Assembly (NCBI RefSeq): GCF_000007185.1
Contig: NC_003551.1
Span: forward strand, 1,650,001 to 1,682,000
DNA: 32,000 bases
Direction: 5' to 3'
DNA from: Methanopyrus kandleri AV19
GTDB taxonomy: Archaea; JAADCQ01; Methanopyri; Methanopyrales; Methanopyraceae
Each line of letters opens with the position of its first letter. Positions within the stretch are counted from its first letter, which is position 1. A program made the translations under genes and the position numbers. Below are positions 8,694-15,944 of this stretch, piece by piece. Below the pieces are notes generated by a model. The model saw only the letters and a program-made list of their open reading frames with translations, made no database searches and was not told the DNA's origin.

Positions 8694-9637
8694 CGGTAAT
8701 CCCCCTTCTGACGACGATGGTGATTGGGGCTCAGGGTCTCGACGTCTGTATAACCTCAGACGCTATCAACGGGAATACTTCCGATCTCGCATTCCTGAAG
8801 GAGTTCGCAGTCGCCTTACACGACAAAGCCCCTATCTATGGCCTCCGGATAGACAACGTTTACGTGAGCTACAGTTCCGCCAACGGCGTGGAGTACCTCT
8901 ACGAGCTGAGTGACAATGAATTAAAGCTGCTGCAACAGTACCGGCGTATAGGAGAGGTACCGCGAGGATTCCGCGTCTGTTCCGAGCTAGGTTTGGACAC
9001 GCTGATCTGGATCGCAGGTAGGGACGGGTCCTCGTACTACGAGCTTAAGAGGATCCTTCTGACCGAGAACTCCACGGTAAGGCACGTCGTCTACGTGAAC
9101 GTATCCCCGAACTACCTGGTAACCGATGACCCGAGCTTGCCCGGATACTTCAGCGTCAACTGTTACTGGAACGGGCCGGACAAGATCTGGTACCCCTACT
9201 ACTACCTCAAGCTACTGGGTGTCGAGATCGTCAACGTGAAGGACGTCTACCCCACTTACAGCAGCACGATCCAACTCGTCTCGTTGGTGGATATACTCGC
9301 CGACGCCGCTCTGAAGGCACTCACTAAAGCCGTTAAACACGAGTTGGTCAGCCAGCAGCCGCCCGAAGTCAAAGCCGAAATCAGTCACCTGCTATCCGCC
9401 TTGGAAGGCCCGGAACCGCCATCGCCGTCGGCCCTAGAAGAGGTAATGCGAAAAGGTGGAGCGTCCGAAGAATTCATCGAAAGCGTCCTAGAAGGCTTGA
9501 GGAAGTACTGGAGCGGTAGCACAGGCATCGGAACCTCGCAGAGGTCCCCTGTAAATATTATATACACCGTCCTAGTGCTCACCCTGTGGGTACGGAGACG
9601 CCCCGGCGGTGTAGCCCGGTCAAGGGCCCGCGGGTGA
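8678..9637 (+). CDS. hypothetical secreted/membrane-anchored protein
   Basis: 319 aa from GTG 8678, with a GGGGGA SD at 8665-8670 at 7 nt spacing. An alternative ATG lies at 8687. It has a signal-like N-terminus (RGMATVIPLLTTMVIGAQG) and a C-terminal hydrophobic anchor (VNIIYTVLVLTLWV) followed by an RRRP tail. Codon bias looks coding, and the only minus-strand track ORF over it is the short 9385..9582 (65 aa), which I take to be a shadow. The last 38 nt overlap tRNA-Glu. Confidence 0.55.
   Translation: MRGMATVIPLLTTMVIGAQGLDVCITSDAINGNTSDLAFLKEFAVALHDKAPIYGLRIDNVYVSYSSANGVEYLYELSDNELKLLQQYRRIGEVPRGFRVCSELGLDTLIWIAGRDGSSYYELKRILLTENSTVRHVVYVNVSPNYLVTDDPSLPGYFSVNCYWNGPDKIWYPYYYLKLLGVEIVNVKDVYPTYSSTIQLVSLVDILADAALKALTKAVKHELVSQQPPEVKAEISHLLSALEGPEPPSPSALEEVMRKGGASEEFIESVLEGLRKYWSGSTGIGTSQRSPVNIIYTVLVLTLWVRRRPGGVARSRARG
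9553..9564 (+). promoter_or_regulatory. TATA-box-like element upstream of tRNA-Glu
   Basis: AAATATTATATA in otherwise GC-rich sequence, about 40 nt upstream of the tRNA 5' end. It lies inside the coding sequence of ORF 8678..9637. Confidence 0.5.
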
Positions 9638-9654
9638 CCGCGGGCCCGCCGATA
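9624..9654 (+). other. non-canonical insertion (putative intron) in the D-loop of tRNA-Glu, near position 20b/21/22
   Basis: The 31 nt GGGCCCGCGGGTGACCGCGGGCCCGCCGATA interrupt an otherwise canonical archaeal tRNA-Glu D-arm. They contain a perfect 10-bp hairpin, GGGCCCGCGG-GTGA-CCGCGGGCCC. The boundary is ambiguous by 1 nt (A on both sides). Confidence 0.65.
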
Positions 9655-9670
9655 TCATGCGGGACTTTCG

Positions 9671-9691
9671 AGGCCCGTCCGGGCCGGAGAC
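9671..9691 (+). other. canonical-position (37/38) intron of tRNA-Glu
   Basis: The 21 nt AGGCCCGTCCGGGCCGGAGAC lie between G37 and A38. An internal GGCCC/GGGCC helix is present. The 3' GGAGA segment can pair with the anticodon-loop UUUC, as expected for a bulge-helix-bulge. The boundary is uncertain by about 1 nt. Confidence 0.7.
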
Positions 9692-9737
9692 ATCCCGCGA
9701 CCCGGGTTCAAATCCCGGCCGGGGCACCAAACCGACA

Positions 9738-9760
9738 ATCGTTATGGAAATAATAACGAT
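9738..9760. repeat. conserved palindromic 3'-flank element (ATCGTTAT-7nt-ATAACGAT)
   Basis: An 8-bp perfect inverted repeat starts 9 nt after the tRNA-Glu CCA. An identical stem follows tRNA-Ser at 20563-20585. Related copies follow tRNA-Arg and the histone gene. Confidence 0.7.
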
Positions 9761-9792
9761 CCTTGGATGATACTAGAGCGACTAGAGCGGGC

Positions 9793-10500
9793 TCAGTCCA
9801 AAACCTCGGCGTCTAGTTCTTCGGGGCTCATCTCCCTCTCTATCCTGCCGTCTCGAAGTAGGATCACTCGATCGGCCCAGCGGACTAAGGAGAGATCGTG
9901 AGTGACCATCACAATAGTATGGCCGGAGTCGTTAAGCTTCTCCAAGAGCTTCATAATGCGTTGAGAATTCTTCGTATCGAGCTGCCCGGTGGGTTCGTCG
10001 GCCAAGATGACTTCTGGATCGTTCGCCAGCGCCCGAGCGATAGCTACACGCTGCTGCTCGCCACCACTCAACTGACTCGGAAACTTGTCGAAATGTTCCT
10101 CTTTAAGTCCCACTTTCCGCAGCAAATCCTTAGCCCTCTCCTCATCCTCTTCTCCGGCTAGTGTCATGGGAAACATGACATTTTCTAACACCGTAAGCGA
10201 TTCGATTAGATTGTATTGTTGAAACACGAAACCAACGTATTTATTTCTAATTTCGGCGAGTTCCTCGTCACTCAGATTAGTCATATCCTTACCCGCAATT
10301 TCAACGCGACCTGACGTCGGTGTATCCAGAGCCCCCATAATGTGAAGTAGCGTTGATTTACCAGATCCCGAAGGCCCGACGATCATTAGGAATTCCCCAT
10401 TTTTTACCCCAAGACTCACCCCTTTGAGCGCTTCTACCTTCACCGACCCTGAATTGTAGACTTTCCGAACATTTTCCAGTCTTATTACGTAGTTCGACAT
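9793..10500 (-). CDS. ABC transporter ATP-binding protein (MacB/LolD-type)
   Basis: 235 aa. It has Walker [10 protein letters not shown], signature [15 protein letters not shown], Walker [12 protein letters not shown] and H-loop VMVTHD. A GGGGGC SD lies 6 nt upstream of the ATG. Confidence 0.9.
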   Translation of the reverse strand: MSNYVIRLENVRKVYNSGSVKVEALKGVSLGVKNGEFLMIVGPSGSGKSTLLHIMGALDTPTSGRVEIAGKDMTNLSDEELAEIRNKYVGFVFQQYNLIESLTVLENVMFPMTLAGEEDEERAKDLLRKVGLKEEHFDKFPSQLSGGEQQRVAIARALANDPEVILADEPTGQLDTKNSQRIMKLLEKLNDSGHTIVMVTHDLSLVRWADRVILLRDGRIEREMSPEELDAEVLD

Positions 10501-10511
10501 TTGAACGCCCC

Positions 10512-11624
10512 CTACTCGTACCTGAGGGCCTCGACGGGGTCAACTTTAGCGGCTTTCCACGCCGGGTACAGACCCGAGACCACCCCTATCGCTAAAGCCA
10601 GAGCTAGTCCGAGCCCTAGTACCTCAGGCGTTATAAGTACAGACACCGTCTGATGCTTTATGTACGACAGGATGTGGACCAGCAGTTGTGAGCCCAACAT
10701 CCCGAGAACGCACCCTATGATCCCCCCCGCCAGGGACAATATTATCGACTCCAGTAGGAACAGCTTCATCACGTCTCTGTTCGTCGCTCCTATGGCCTTC
10801 ATGACGCCTATTTCACGCTTTCTCTCAATCACTGACATGAGCATAGTATTGGCTACTCCGAGCGCTCCTACAACCCCAGCGATCCCGGTAAGTGCTATAG
10901 CCGCAAGTTCAACTGTTCTCAAATTATTCAACATCCCTTGAACAGCCTTACTAGTTGTGATGGCCTCAACACCGTTTATTCTTGACTCTATTTCTTTCCT
11001 TACTCGCTTCGGGTCAGATGTTTGAACGAACACACAACTGATGCTTTTCCCTCGAATTTTATTGACGCTATCTAAAGTAGTAATCGCACACATGTTAGCA
11101 AGTTGCGACGATGTTTTGAACGCTCCAGATACCCTTAACTTTTGTCCAGATAAATCCACGGTCTCTCCTACCTTAGGTCGTAATTTTCTCCATATAAGGC
11201 TCCCAAAGGCCATTTCACCATGTTTAGGGAGGTGGCCCTCTATGGGCTCTATTTTAGACCCCACTACGAGTTCATAGCCCCTATTTTCCACCGCCGCGAT
11301 TAATATAGGTTGACGTTGCCGGCCCACTGTAATCATCCTATTGTTAAACCAAACAGCTACCGTACGCTTTACTCCCGGTATCTTTCTCACTTCATCCTCA
11401 ATACTTTCATCGAGCACACTAGATAGTGGGTCGGGAGCAGCCTTTGATTTTACTATCAGTGAAGCCGATCCACTGATCGCCACCTTAACATCATGTTGTA
11501 ATCCCTTCGCAATCGCTGAGATACCCACTACGGCAGCAACTCCGATAGCAACTCCCAAGATCGTGAGTAGTGAGCGGACACTCCTCCGAGCTATGTTCCT
11601 AATCGCCACCTTTATTGTAATCAA
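10512..11624 (-). CDS. ABC transporter permease, FtsX/MacB-type (4 TM with large extracytoplasmic domain)
   Basis: 370 aa. An N-terminal TM (RSLLTILGVAIGVAAVVG) is followed by a ~200-aa soluble loop and then the FtsX-type C-terminal 3-TM bundle (EIGVMKAIGATNRDVMKLFLLESIILSLAGG). The start is TTG, with a GGGGAA SD 7 nt upstream. Confidence 0.85.
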   Translation of the reverse strand: MITIKVAIRNIARRSVRSLLTILGVAIGVAAVVGISAIAKGLQHDVKVAISGSASLIVKSKAAPDPLSSVLDESIEDEVRKIPGVKRTVAVWFNNRMITVGRQRQPILIAAVENRGYELVVGSKIEPIEGHLPKHGEMAFGSLIWRKLRPKVGETVDLSGQKLRVSGAFKTSSQLANMCAITTLDSVNKIRGKSISCVFVQTSDPKRVRKEIESRINGVEAITTSKAVQGMLNNLRTVELAAIALTGIAGVVGALGVANTMLMSVIERKREIGVMKAIGATNRDVMKLFLLESIILSLAGGIIGCVLGMLGSQLLVHILSYIKHQTVSVLITPEVLGLGLALALAIGVVSGLYPAWKAAKVDPVEALRYE

Positions 11625-11637
11625 GCGTCCGTTCCCC

Positions 11638-12354
11638 TTATATGGATTCTAATGACTTCTTAGGTGTTCCTCTCCTAACAGGCCTCCCGTATATTCTCTT
11701 TATCTCTTCAGCCTTAACCGATTCACCCTCACGTTTTACCGTAGGACGGCCCTCAGGTTTTATCGCATGTACCCTAAACAACATCCCATCAAGTTCGTAT
11801 ATCTCTCCAACCGTGAACTCTTCATCCCTATCTACCTCAACTTTTTCAGAAATAGTGTATCCTGATGGAAGATTAATTGAAACTCCAATGCGGGCTGGAA
11901 TATCCAACGATACTCCCCAAACCGATACAACATCCTTGACCTTGGCTTTCTTCACGCTGTCCTCTTCATGTGTAGCTATATTCGTAATCTCCACTCTTTC
12001 CCCCTCCACTTCGATCACATCACCAACTTCAATCTCTTCTAACGGGTCCATTTCCACTTCTTTGCACTCTGACTCCTCGTACCTGCTGATAGTGACTTTA
12101 ACCTTCTTGGGAGCGTAGAACACTAACCTCACGGGGTTTACGGTACCACAGCTCTCACACCGTGCGAGGACATTCGCTACGAACCTCGGTACACCTTTCT
12201 CATCAGGCCCTTTCCGATGTACTGTGGCGCGGACAACCTCCTGTGGAACTTCTTCGTCGGGAGAGCAGCCTTTACAGGGCGCGTATATTATCCTCCCCTC
12301 TACGTCCGACTCGGATAAGTCCTCTACCGTAGTTTCAGTATCCAGGGTGATCAT
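11638..12354 (-). CDS. archaeal zinc-ribbon protein with beta-rich C-terminal domain, function unknown
   Basis: 238 aa from the internal ATG 12354 (MITLDTETTVEDL...), with a GGGGGT SD 8 nt upstream. It has CxxC...CxxC (CKGCSPDEE...CESCGTV). It sits 13 nt upstream of the ABC permease on the same strand. The track start at 12432 would overlap the divergent gene. Confidence 0.55.
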   Translation of the reverse strand: MITLDTETTVEDLSESDVEGRIIYAPCKGCSPDEEVPQEVVRATVHRKGPDEKGVPRFVANVLARCESCGTVNPVRLVFYAPKKVKVTISRYEESECKEVEMDPLEEIEVGDVIEVEGERVEITNIATHEEDSVKKAKVKDVVSVWGVSLDIPARIGVSINLPSGYTISEKVEVDRDEEFTVGEIYELDGMLFRVHAIKPEGRPTVKREGESVKAEEIKRIYGRPVRRGTPKKSLESI

Positions 12355-12362
12355 CGACGAGT

Positions 12363-12374
12363 ACCCCCGGGGGA
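12363..12374. promoter_or_regulatory. ACCCCCGGGGGA palindrome, dual SD in a 27-nt divergent spacer
   Basis: The spacer 12355-12381 is CGACGAGTACCCCCGGGGGAATGCGAG. GGGGGA lies 7 nt before ATG 12382 on the plus strand. GGGGGT lies 8 nt before ATG 12354 on the minus strand. Confidence 0.55.
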
Positions 12375-12381
12375 ATGCGAG

Positions 12382-12804
12382 ATGGAGATCACCCTCAAGG
12401 CCCGAGGTCACGAAAACGTGACCGGCCGTCATCGGAGTACGTTCGAAGTCACGAAAGATCCCGAGATCGGGCCAACGGCTGACTGCATAATAGGTGTTCG
12501 CGCCGACACGGCATGCGCCGATCTGCCAGAAGATTTCAAGCTGATGTTACGGCGAGGAGCGCGAGTAGAAGTAATTCTGCGAGCCGGCGGTACGGAAGAC
12601 AGGGTAGTCGGGGTCGGACATCCGAGGATGACCCTACAAGACGGCAGGAGTATGGTGTTCCGGACGAGCGACTACATCGATGATCGCACCGTACTGATAA
12701 GGTGCAACAAAGCGGCAAGGGACCTGAGTCGAGACCTGGTTCGGGCACTTAAGGACCCGGAGACCGTCCTGATGGTCGAGATGCGGGTACTCGATGTTCG
12801 TTAG
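12382..12804 (+). CDS. DUF371-like conserved archaeal protein
   Basis: 140 aa. The opening MEITLKARGHENVTGRHRSTFEVTKD resembles the DUF371 N-terminal signature (H..T.E.T..) as I recall it. The family call is from memory only. Confidence 0.55.
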   Translation: MEITLKARGHENVTGRHRSTFEVTKDPEIGPTADCIIGVRADTACADLPEDFKLMLRRGARVEVILRAGGTEDRVVGVGHPRMTLQDGRSMVFRTSDYIDDRTVLIRCNKAARDLSRDLVRALKDPETVLMVEMRVLDVR

Positions 12805-12826
12805 CGTTATCATAACAATTTCCGGT
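12804..12826 (-). repeat. degenerate copy of the tRNA 3'-flank element
   Basis: The minus strand reads ACCGGAAATTGTTATGATAACGC immediately after the tRNA-Arg CCA. It shares ACCG-RAAAT-YGTTAT...ATAACG with the Glu and Ser flanks. It overlaps the stop codon of the convergent gene 12382..12804. Confidence 0.55.
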
Positions 12827-12904
<78 letters not shown>

Positions 12905-12934
12905 TCCTCCCAATCCGCCCTCTGAGGTGGTGGG

Positions 12935-12942
12935 TATAATAA
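12935..12942 (-). promoter_or_regulatory. TATA-box-like element upstream of tRNA-Arg
   Basis: The minus strand reads TTATTATA about 35 nt upstream of the tRNA 5' end, in a GC-rich context. Confidence 0.5.
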
Positions 12943-12953
12943 GGTTGCGGAGG

Positions 12954-13568
12954 TCACCGTCGCTTCCTGCCACCCCGGAACTCCGGGACGAACAACCTAT
13001 ACTTGTCCCGGGTCTCTCCTTTGAGCTCCGCCAGAACGCGCTCTTTGATCATGTCTCGGGGGTGCATGCGGAGGCCCTTAACCCTCTCCTTGATGTCGTC
13101 CAGGGACTCGAACGGTTCCTTCTCGCGCTCCTCCAAGATACGCTCGAGCGTTTTTCGGCCTATTCCAGGAAGAAGCTCGAGCTGGTGCAACCTCGGGGTG
13201 ATGGGTCTAGCCTCGTTGAAGAACCTGACGAAGTCCTCCTCGTTATCCTCGATGATCTTCTCGACGGCGTGGGGGAGTTCTTCACGGGCCGTCGCGGTGA
13301 GCTCGTCGTATCGTAGTCGTCGGTTCACGTGGTGGATCTTGTCACGCTTACCACGACCTACGTACACCTCTTCATGGAGCTCCAGGAACGCCCCTTCCTT
13401 GGGGGCTAGCTCTAGGAGCACGAAGAAGTCTTTCCCTATCGCCTGCGCCACGGGCTGTCGCTTATGAGGTGGCTCCTCCGCCCTGCCGTACGGTAGGAAG
13501 TCCAGTATCAGCGCATACTCTTCATAGGCCCGTTTCCCCTTCGGCTGCTTGTACAGTATCTCCACCAT
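12954..13568 (-). CDS. DUF655-family protein (OB-fold plus helix-hairpin-helix, predicted nucleic-acid binding)
   Basis: 204 aa. It has EEYALILDFLPYGR...QAIGKDFFVLLEL and a C-terminal LELLPGIGRKTLERILEERE HhH motif. It occupies the conserved archaeal position directly after rpl21e-rpoF. Confidence 0.7.
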   Translation of the reverse strand: MVEILYKQPKGKRAYEEYALILDFLPYGRAEEPPHKRQPVAQAIGKDFFVLLELAPKEGAFLELHEEVYVGRGKRDKIHHVNRRLRYDELTATAREELPHAVEKIIEDNEEDFVRFFNEARPITPRLHQLELLPGIGRKTLERILEEREKEPFESLDDIKERVKGLRMHPRDMIKERVLAELKGETRDKYRLFVPEFRGGRKRR

Positions 13569-13571
13569 CGT

Positions 13572-13961
13572 TTACTCCTCCTCCGCGATTCGTTCAGATA
13601 CCTCCAAGATAGCACGCACTACATCCTCATCGGCACGACGGAGGAGACGTTTTCCGGCGGACTCGAGCAAGACTTTGATCTCCTCTTCACTCCTAGGTTG
13701 AACCTCCAGAATCTTGTTGACGAGGATCTCCACCGTGCGCTCGTTGGTCGTGAGATCACCGAGAATAGACCTGAGCTCCTCCTTCGCTTCCTCCAGGTCC
13801 TCCGGCTCCAGCGATCCGAACTTCTTCAGGTACCGAACTGCCTCGCGCTGGTCATAGGTGAGTTCCGGATCCCGCTCCTTTAGGACCTTCTCTACCACTT
13901 TGCGAGCCTCGTGTACGTTAGTCGGACTCCGTTCCCGGGCCTGAAGGGATATCGAGGGCAA
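13572..13961 (-). CDS. rpoF: DNA-directed RNA polymerase subunit F (Rpo4/Rpb4 homolog)
   Basis: 129 aa. It has the size, helical acidic character and conserved gene order (rpl21e-rpoF-DUF655) expected of RpoF. The start is TTG, preceded by an AGGGGT SD. Confidence 0.7.
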   Translation of the reverse strand: MPSISLQARERSPTNVHEARKVVEKVLKERDPELTYDQREAVRYLKKFGSLEPEDLEEAKEELRSILGDLTTNERTVEILVNKILEVQPRSEEEIKVLLESAGKRLLRRADEDVVRAILEVSERIAEEE

Positions 13962-13976
13962 GGCCGGGGACCCCTA

Positions 13977-14285
13977 TCACTGGAGTTCAGGCTGCTCCTG
14001 TGGCTTCAAATGCTCGGGGTACACTATCAGTTTCTTCTCCTTCCCTCCATCCCTGATCTTCACGATGTAAGCTCGGCCTTGGCGTCCTACGACTTCTCCA
14101 GTTCTCCCGTGGTACCTGGGATGGGGCATGCCTTTGTGGACACTGGGATCGATTACGATGTGTACTTTCTGACCCTCCTCGAACTCCTGCGTCATCGGAC
14201 CCAACGGGGAAAGACCGCGCTCTCTAGGCTTCTTTCGGAGTTTTTTCCGTGTACGACTCCGGAAACCTTTGGATCTTCTCACCAA
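13977..14285 (-). CDS. rpl21e: 50S ribosomal protein L21e
   Basis: 102 aa from TTG 14285, reading (M)[26 protein letters not shown]...[24 protein letters not shown] lies 6 nt upstream, and the upstream gene stops at 14287. The track extension to 14354 is rejected. Confidence 0.88.
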   Translation of the reverse strand: MVRRSKGFRSRTRKKLRKKPRERGLSPLGPMTQEFEEGQKVHIVIDPSVHKGMPHPRYHGRTGEVVGRQGRAYIVKIRDGGKEKKLIVYPEHLKPQEQPELQ

Positions 14286-14286
14286 C

Positions 14287-14700
14287 TCAAGCTCCCCCCA
14301 ACTCGTACAATACGACGGCCAGCGCGGCCAGCTCTCCGACAGGAGCGCTGACACCGACGGTGAGATCAGGCTCTATATCGATCTCTTCGAGTAGCTCCAC
14401 GGGGACCGTGAGCAGCACGTCTGACGGCTTTAATTTCTTGATCCCTTCATCTGCCGAGGGATCTAGCAGCGCCACCCGACCATCAACAACTTCCAGGGCG
14501 TCGTCCAGGTCGTCGACCACCATCACCGGAACGCGACCTCTCTCCTCGGGGTGTTCCAGCACCTGTGTGATACCGTCCAAGGCCGCACGTGACTTCGGTT
14601 CCGAATAAACAAGGAGCTTCGCCCCGAGGTTGCCTGCGATAAGGGCCACATGGTTGACGCGGAAGTGGCTGAAGGGACGGTGGTACACCACGACGACCAC
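14287..14700 (-). CDS. small SPOUT-superfamily (SpoU/TrmH-like) methyltransferase-like protein
   Basis: 137 aa. The C-terminal [18 protein letters not shown] resembles the SPOUT knot motif (..s.s.aaai.lYe.). The start is GTG, 3 nt after the pgk stop. The family call has moderate confidence only. Confidence 0.5.
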   Translation of the reverse strand: MVVVVYHRPFSHFRVNHVALIAGNLGAKLLVYSEPKSRAALDGITQVLEHPEERGRVPVMVVDDLDDALEVVDGRVALLDPSADEGIKKLKPSDVLLTVPVELLEEIDIEPDLTVGVSAPVGELAALAVVLYELGGA

Positions 14701-14703
14701 GCC

Positions 14704-15927
14704 TCAGCACCCCGAGAACGGGCAAGTGAGGATGGCATCTATGGCCGGTAGTCGCTCCCCGGCGAGCATTCGGAGCATCGCTCCGCCACCCGTGCTGACG
14801 TGATCTATGCTGTCATAAGCACCACAGGCTTTCGCCGCCGCAATTATGTGGCCTCCTCCGATCACGGAGAAAGCCTCCGAATCGGCGATAGCATTGAGGA
14901 CCTCGTACGTTCCCTTCTCGAATCCGGGTTCCTCGTACACGCCCATCGGCCCGTTCGCGACCACCATACCCGCGCTTTCGACCTCCTTGCGATACCGTTC
15001 GATCGTTCCGGTACCGATGTCGAAGACGGGAGCGTCCGCTGGCAGTTCGTCCACGTCTACCTCCTCGCGCTCTCCACCGCGGTTGAGAGCCACGTCTTCG
15101 GGTACGAGGATCACGTCGTCACCTTCCTCGAGGAGCTCCCGTGCCTCGTCCAAGTAGCCCGTGTAACCCTTCATATCCAGGAATTTCCGTGAAGGTTTCC
15201 CTAGATCCACTCCGGAGGCCCAAAGGAAGAGATTGCCCACGAGACCTCCCAGTAACACGCGACGTACGTTGTCCATCTCGATGGCTCGGCGTATGACCTT
15301 GATAGCATCCTCGATCTTGGACCCTCCGATCACGAAGACGCCGTCCTCCATCTCGTCTCTGACCATGGTTTCGAGGACTTCGATCTCGCGCTCCATCACA
15401 CGGCCGACGCAAGACGGAAGTCTTCGAGTGAACCCGACCAGTGAAGCGTTCGAGCGATGGGCCGCAGCGAAGGCGTCGTTCACGAAAATGTCGAACAGCG
15501 GGGCCAGGTTCCGCACCAAATGTCGGCGTGCGTGCCACTCCGGGTCCCGGTTGATACGTTCCTCGGAATAGAACCGCACGTTCTCCAGCAGGATAACTTC
15601 GCCGGGCTCCAACGACCGAATCTTCTTCTTCGCGGTGGGTCCGAACACGTCGGGCACGTACTCGAAGTTGTCGAGTTCTTCGGACATGATTTCCGCATGT
15701 GGTTCCAGTGTCGTGAAGTCATCCTCACCCGGTCTTCCTTGGTGTGCTAGAATGGCCACCCTGGCGTCGTGTTCCATTAACTCCTTGATCGTCCCGAGAT
15801 GTCTTTTAATACGTTCATCGTCCTCAATTTTACCATCGATAACCGTCGAATTTATATCAATTCGTAACAAGACCCATTTATTTTCGAACTCGAAATCGTC
15901 CATAGTAGATATGTTTTCGTACATCAC
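14704..15927 (-). CDS. pgk: phosphoglycerate kinase (archaeal type)
   Basis: 407 aa. It has VLLRIDINS, ILAHQGRPG, AHRSNAS and STGGGAML motifs. The start is GTG 15927 or ATG 15924. Confidence 0.9.
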   Translation of the reverse strand: MMYENISTMDDFEFENKWVLLRIDINSTVIDGKIEDDERIKRHLGTIKELMEHDARVAILAHQGRPGEDDFTTLEPHAEIMSEELDNFEYVPDVFGPTAKKKIRSLEPGEVILLENVRFYSEERINRDPEWHARRHLVRNLAPLFDIFVNDAFAAAHRSNASLVGFTRRLPSCVGRVMEREIEVLETMVRDEMEDGVFVIGGSKIEDAIKVIRRAIEMDNVRRVLLGGLVGNLFLWASGVDLGKPSRKFLDMKGYTGYLDEARELLEEGDDVILVPEDVALNRGGEREEVDVDELPADAPVFDIGTGTIERYRKEVESAGMVVANGPMGVYEEPGFEKGTYEVLNAIADSEAFSVIGGGHIIAAAKACGAYDSIDHVSTGGGAMLRMLAGERLPAIDAILTCPFSGC

Positions 15928-15944
15928 TGTTCGCCCCTAATATT

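Larger units (their letters stand above)
9600..9729 (+). tRNA. tRNA-Glu (UUC) with two apparent introns, C8, encoded CCA
   Basis: Hand fold:
- acceptor stem GCCCCGG/CCGGGGC with A73 and CCA;
- D-arm GGUGUAGCCCGGUCAA...UCAUG, interrupted by 31 nt;
- anticodon stem CGGGA/UCCCG with loop CUUUCG|intron|A;
- T-arm CCGGG-UUCAAAU-CCCGG.
The mature length would be 78 nt including CCA. Confidence 0.85.

Noticed and set aside
9772-9789. The tandem 9-mer ACTAGAGCG-ACTAGAGCG next to the ABC ATPase stop, considered as an att-site remnant.
   Set aside because: There are only two short copies and no matching copy at the other edge of the low-GC block. There is no integrase. This is too little to call a repeat or an integration scar.
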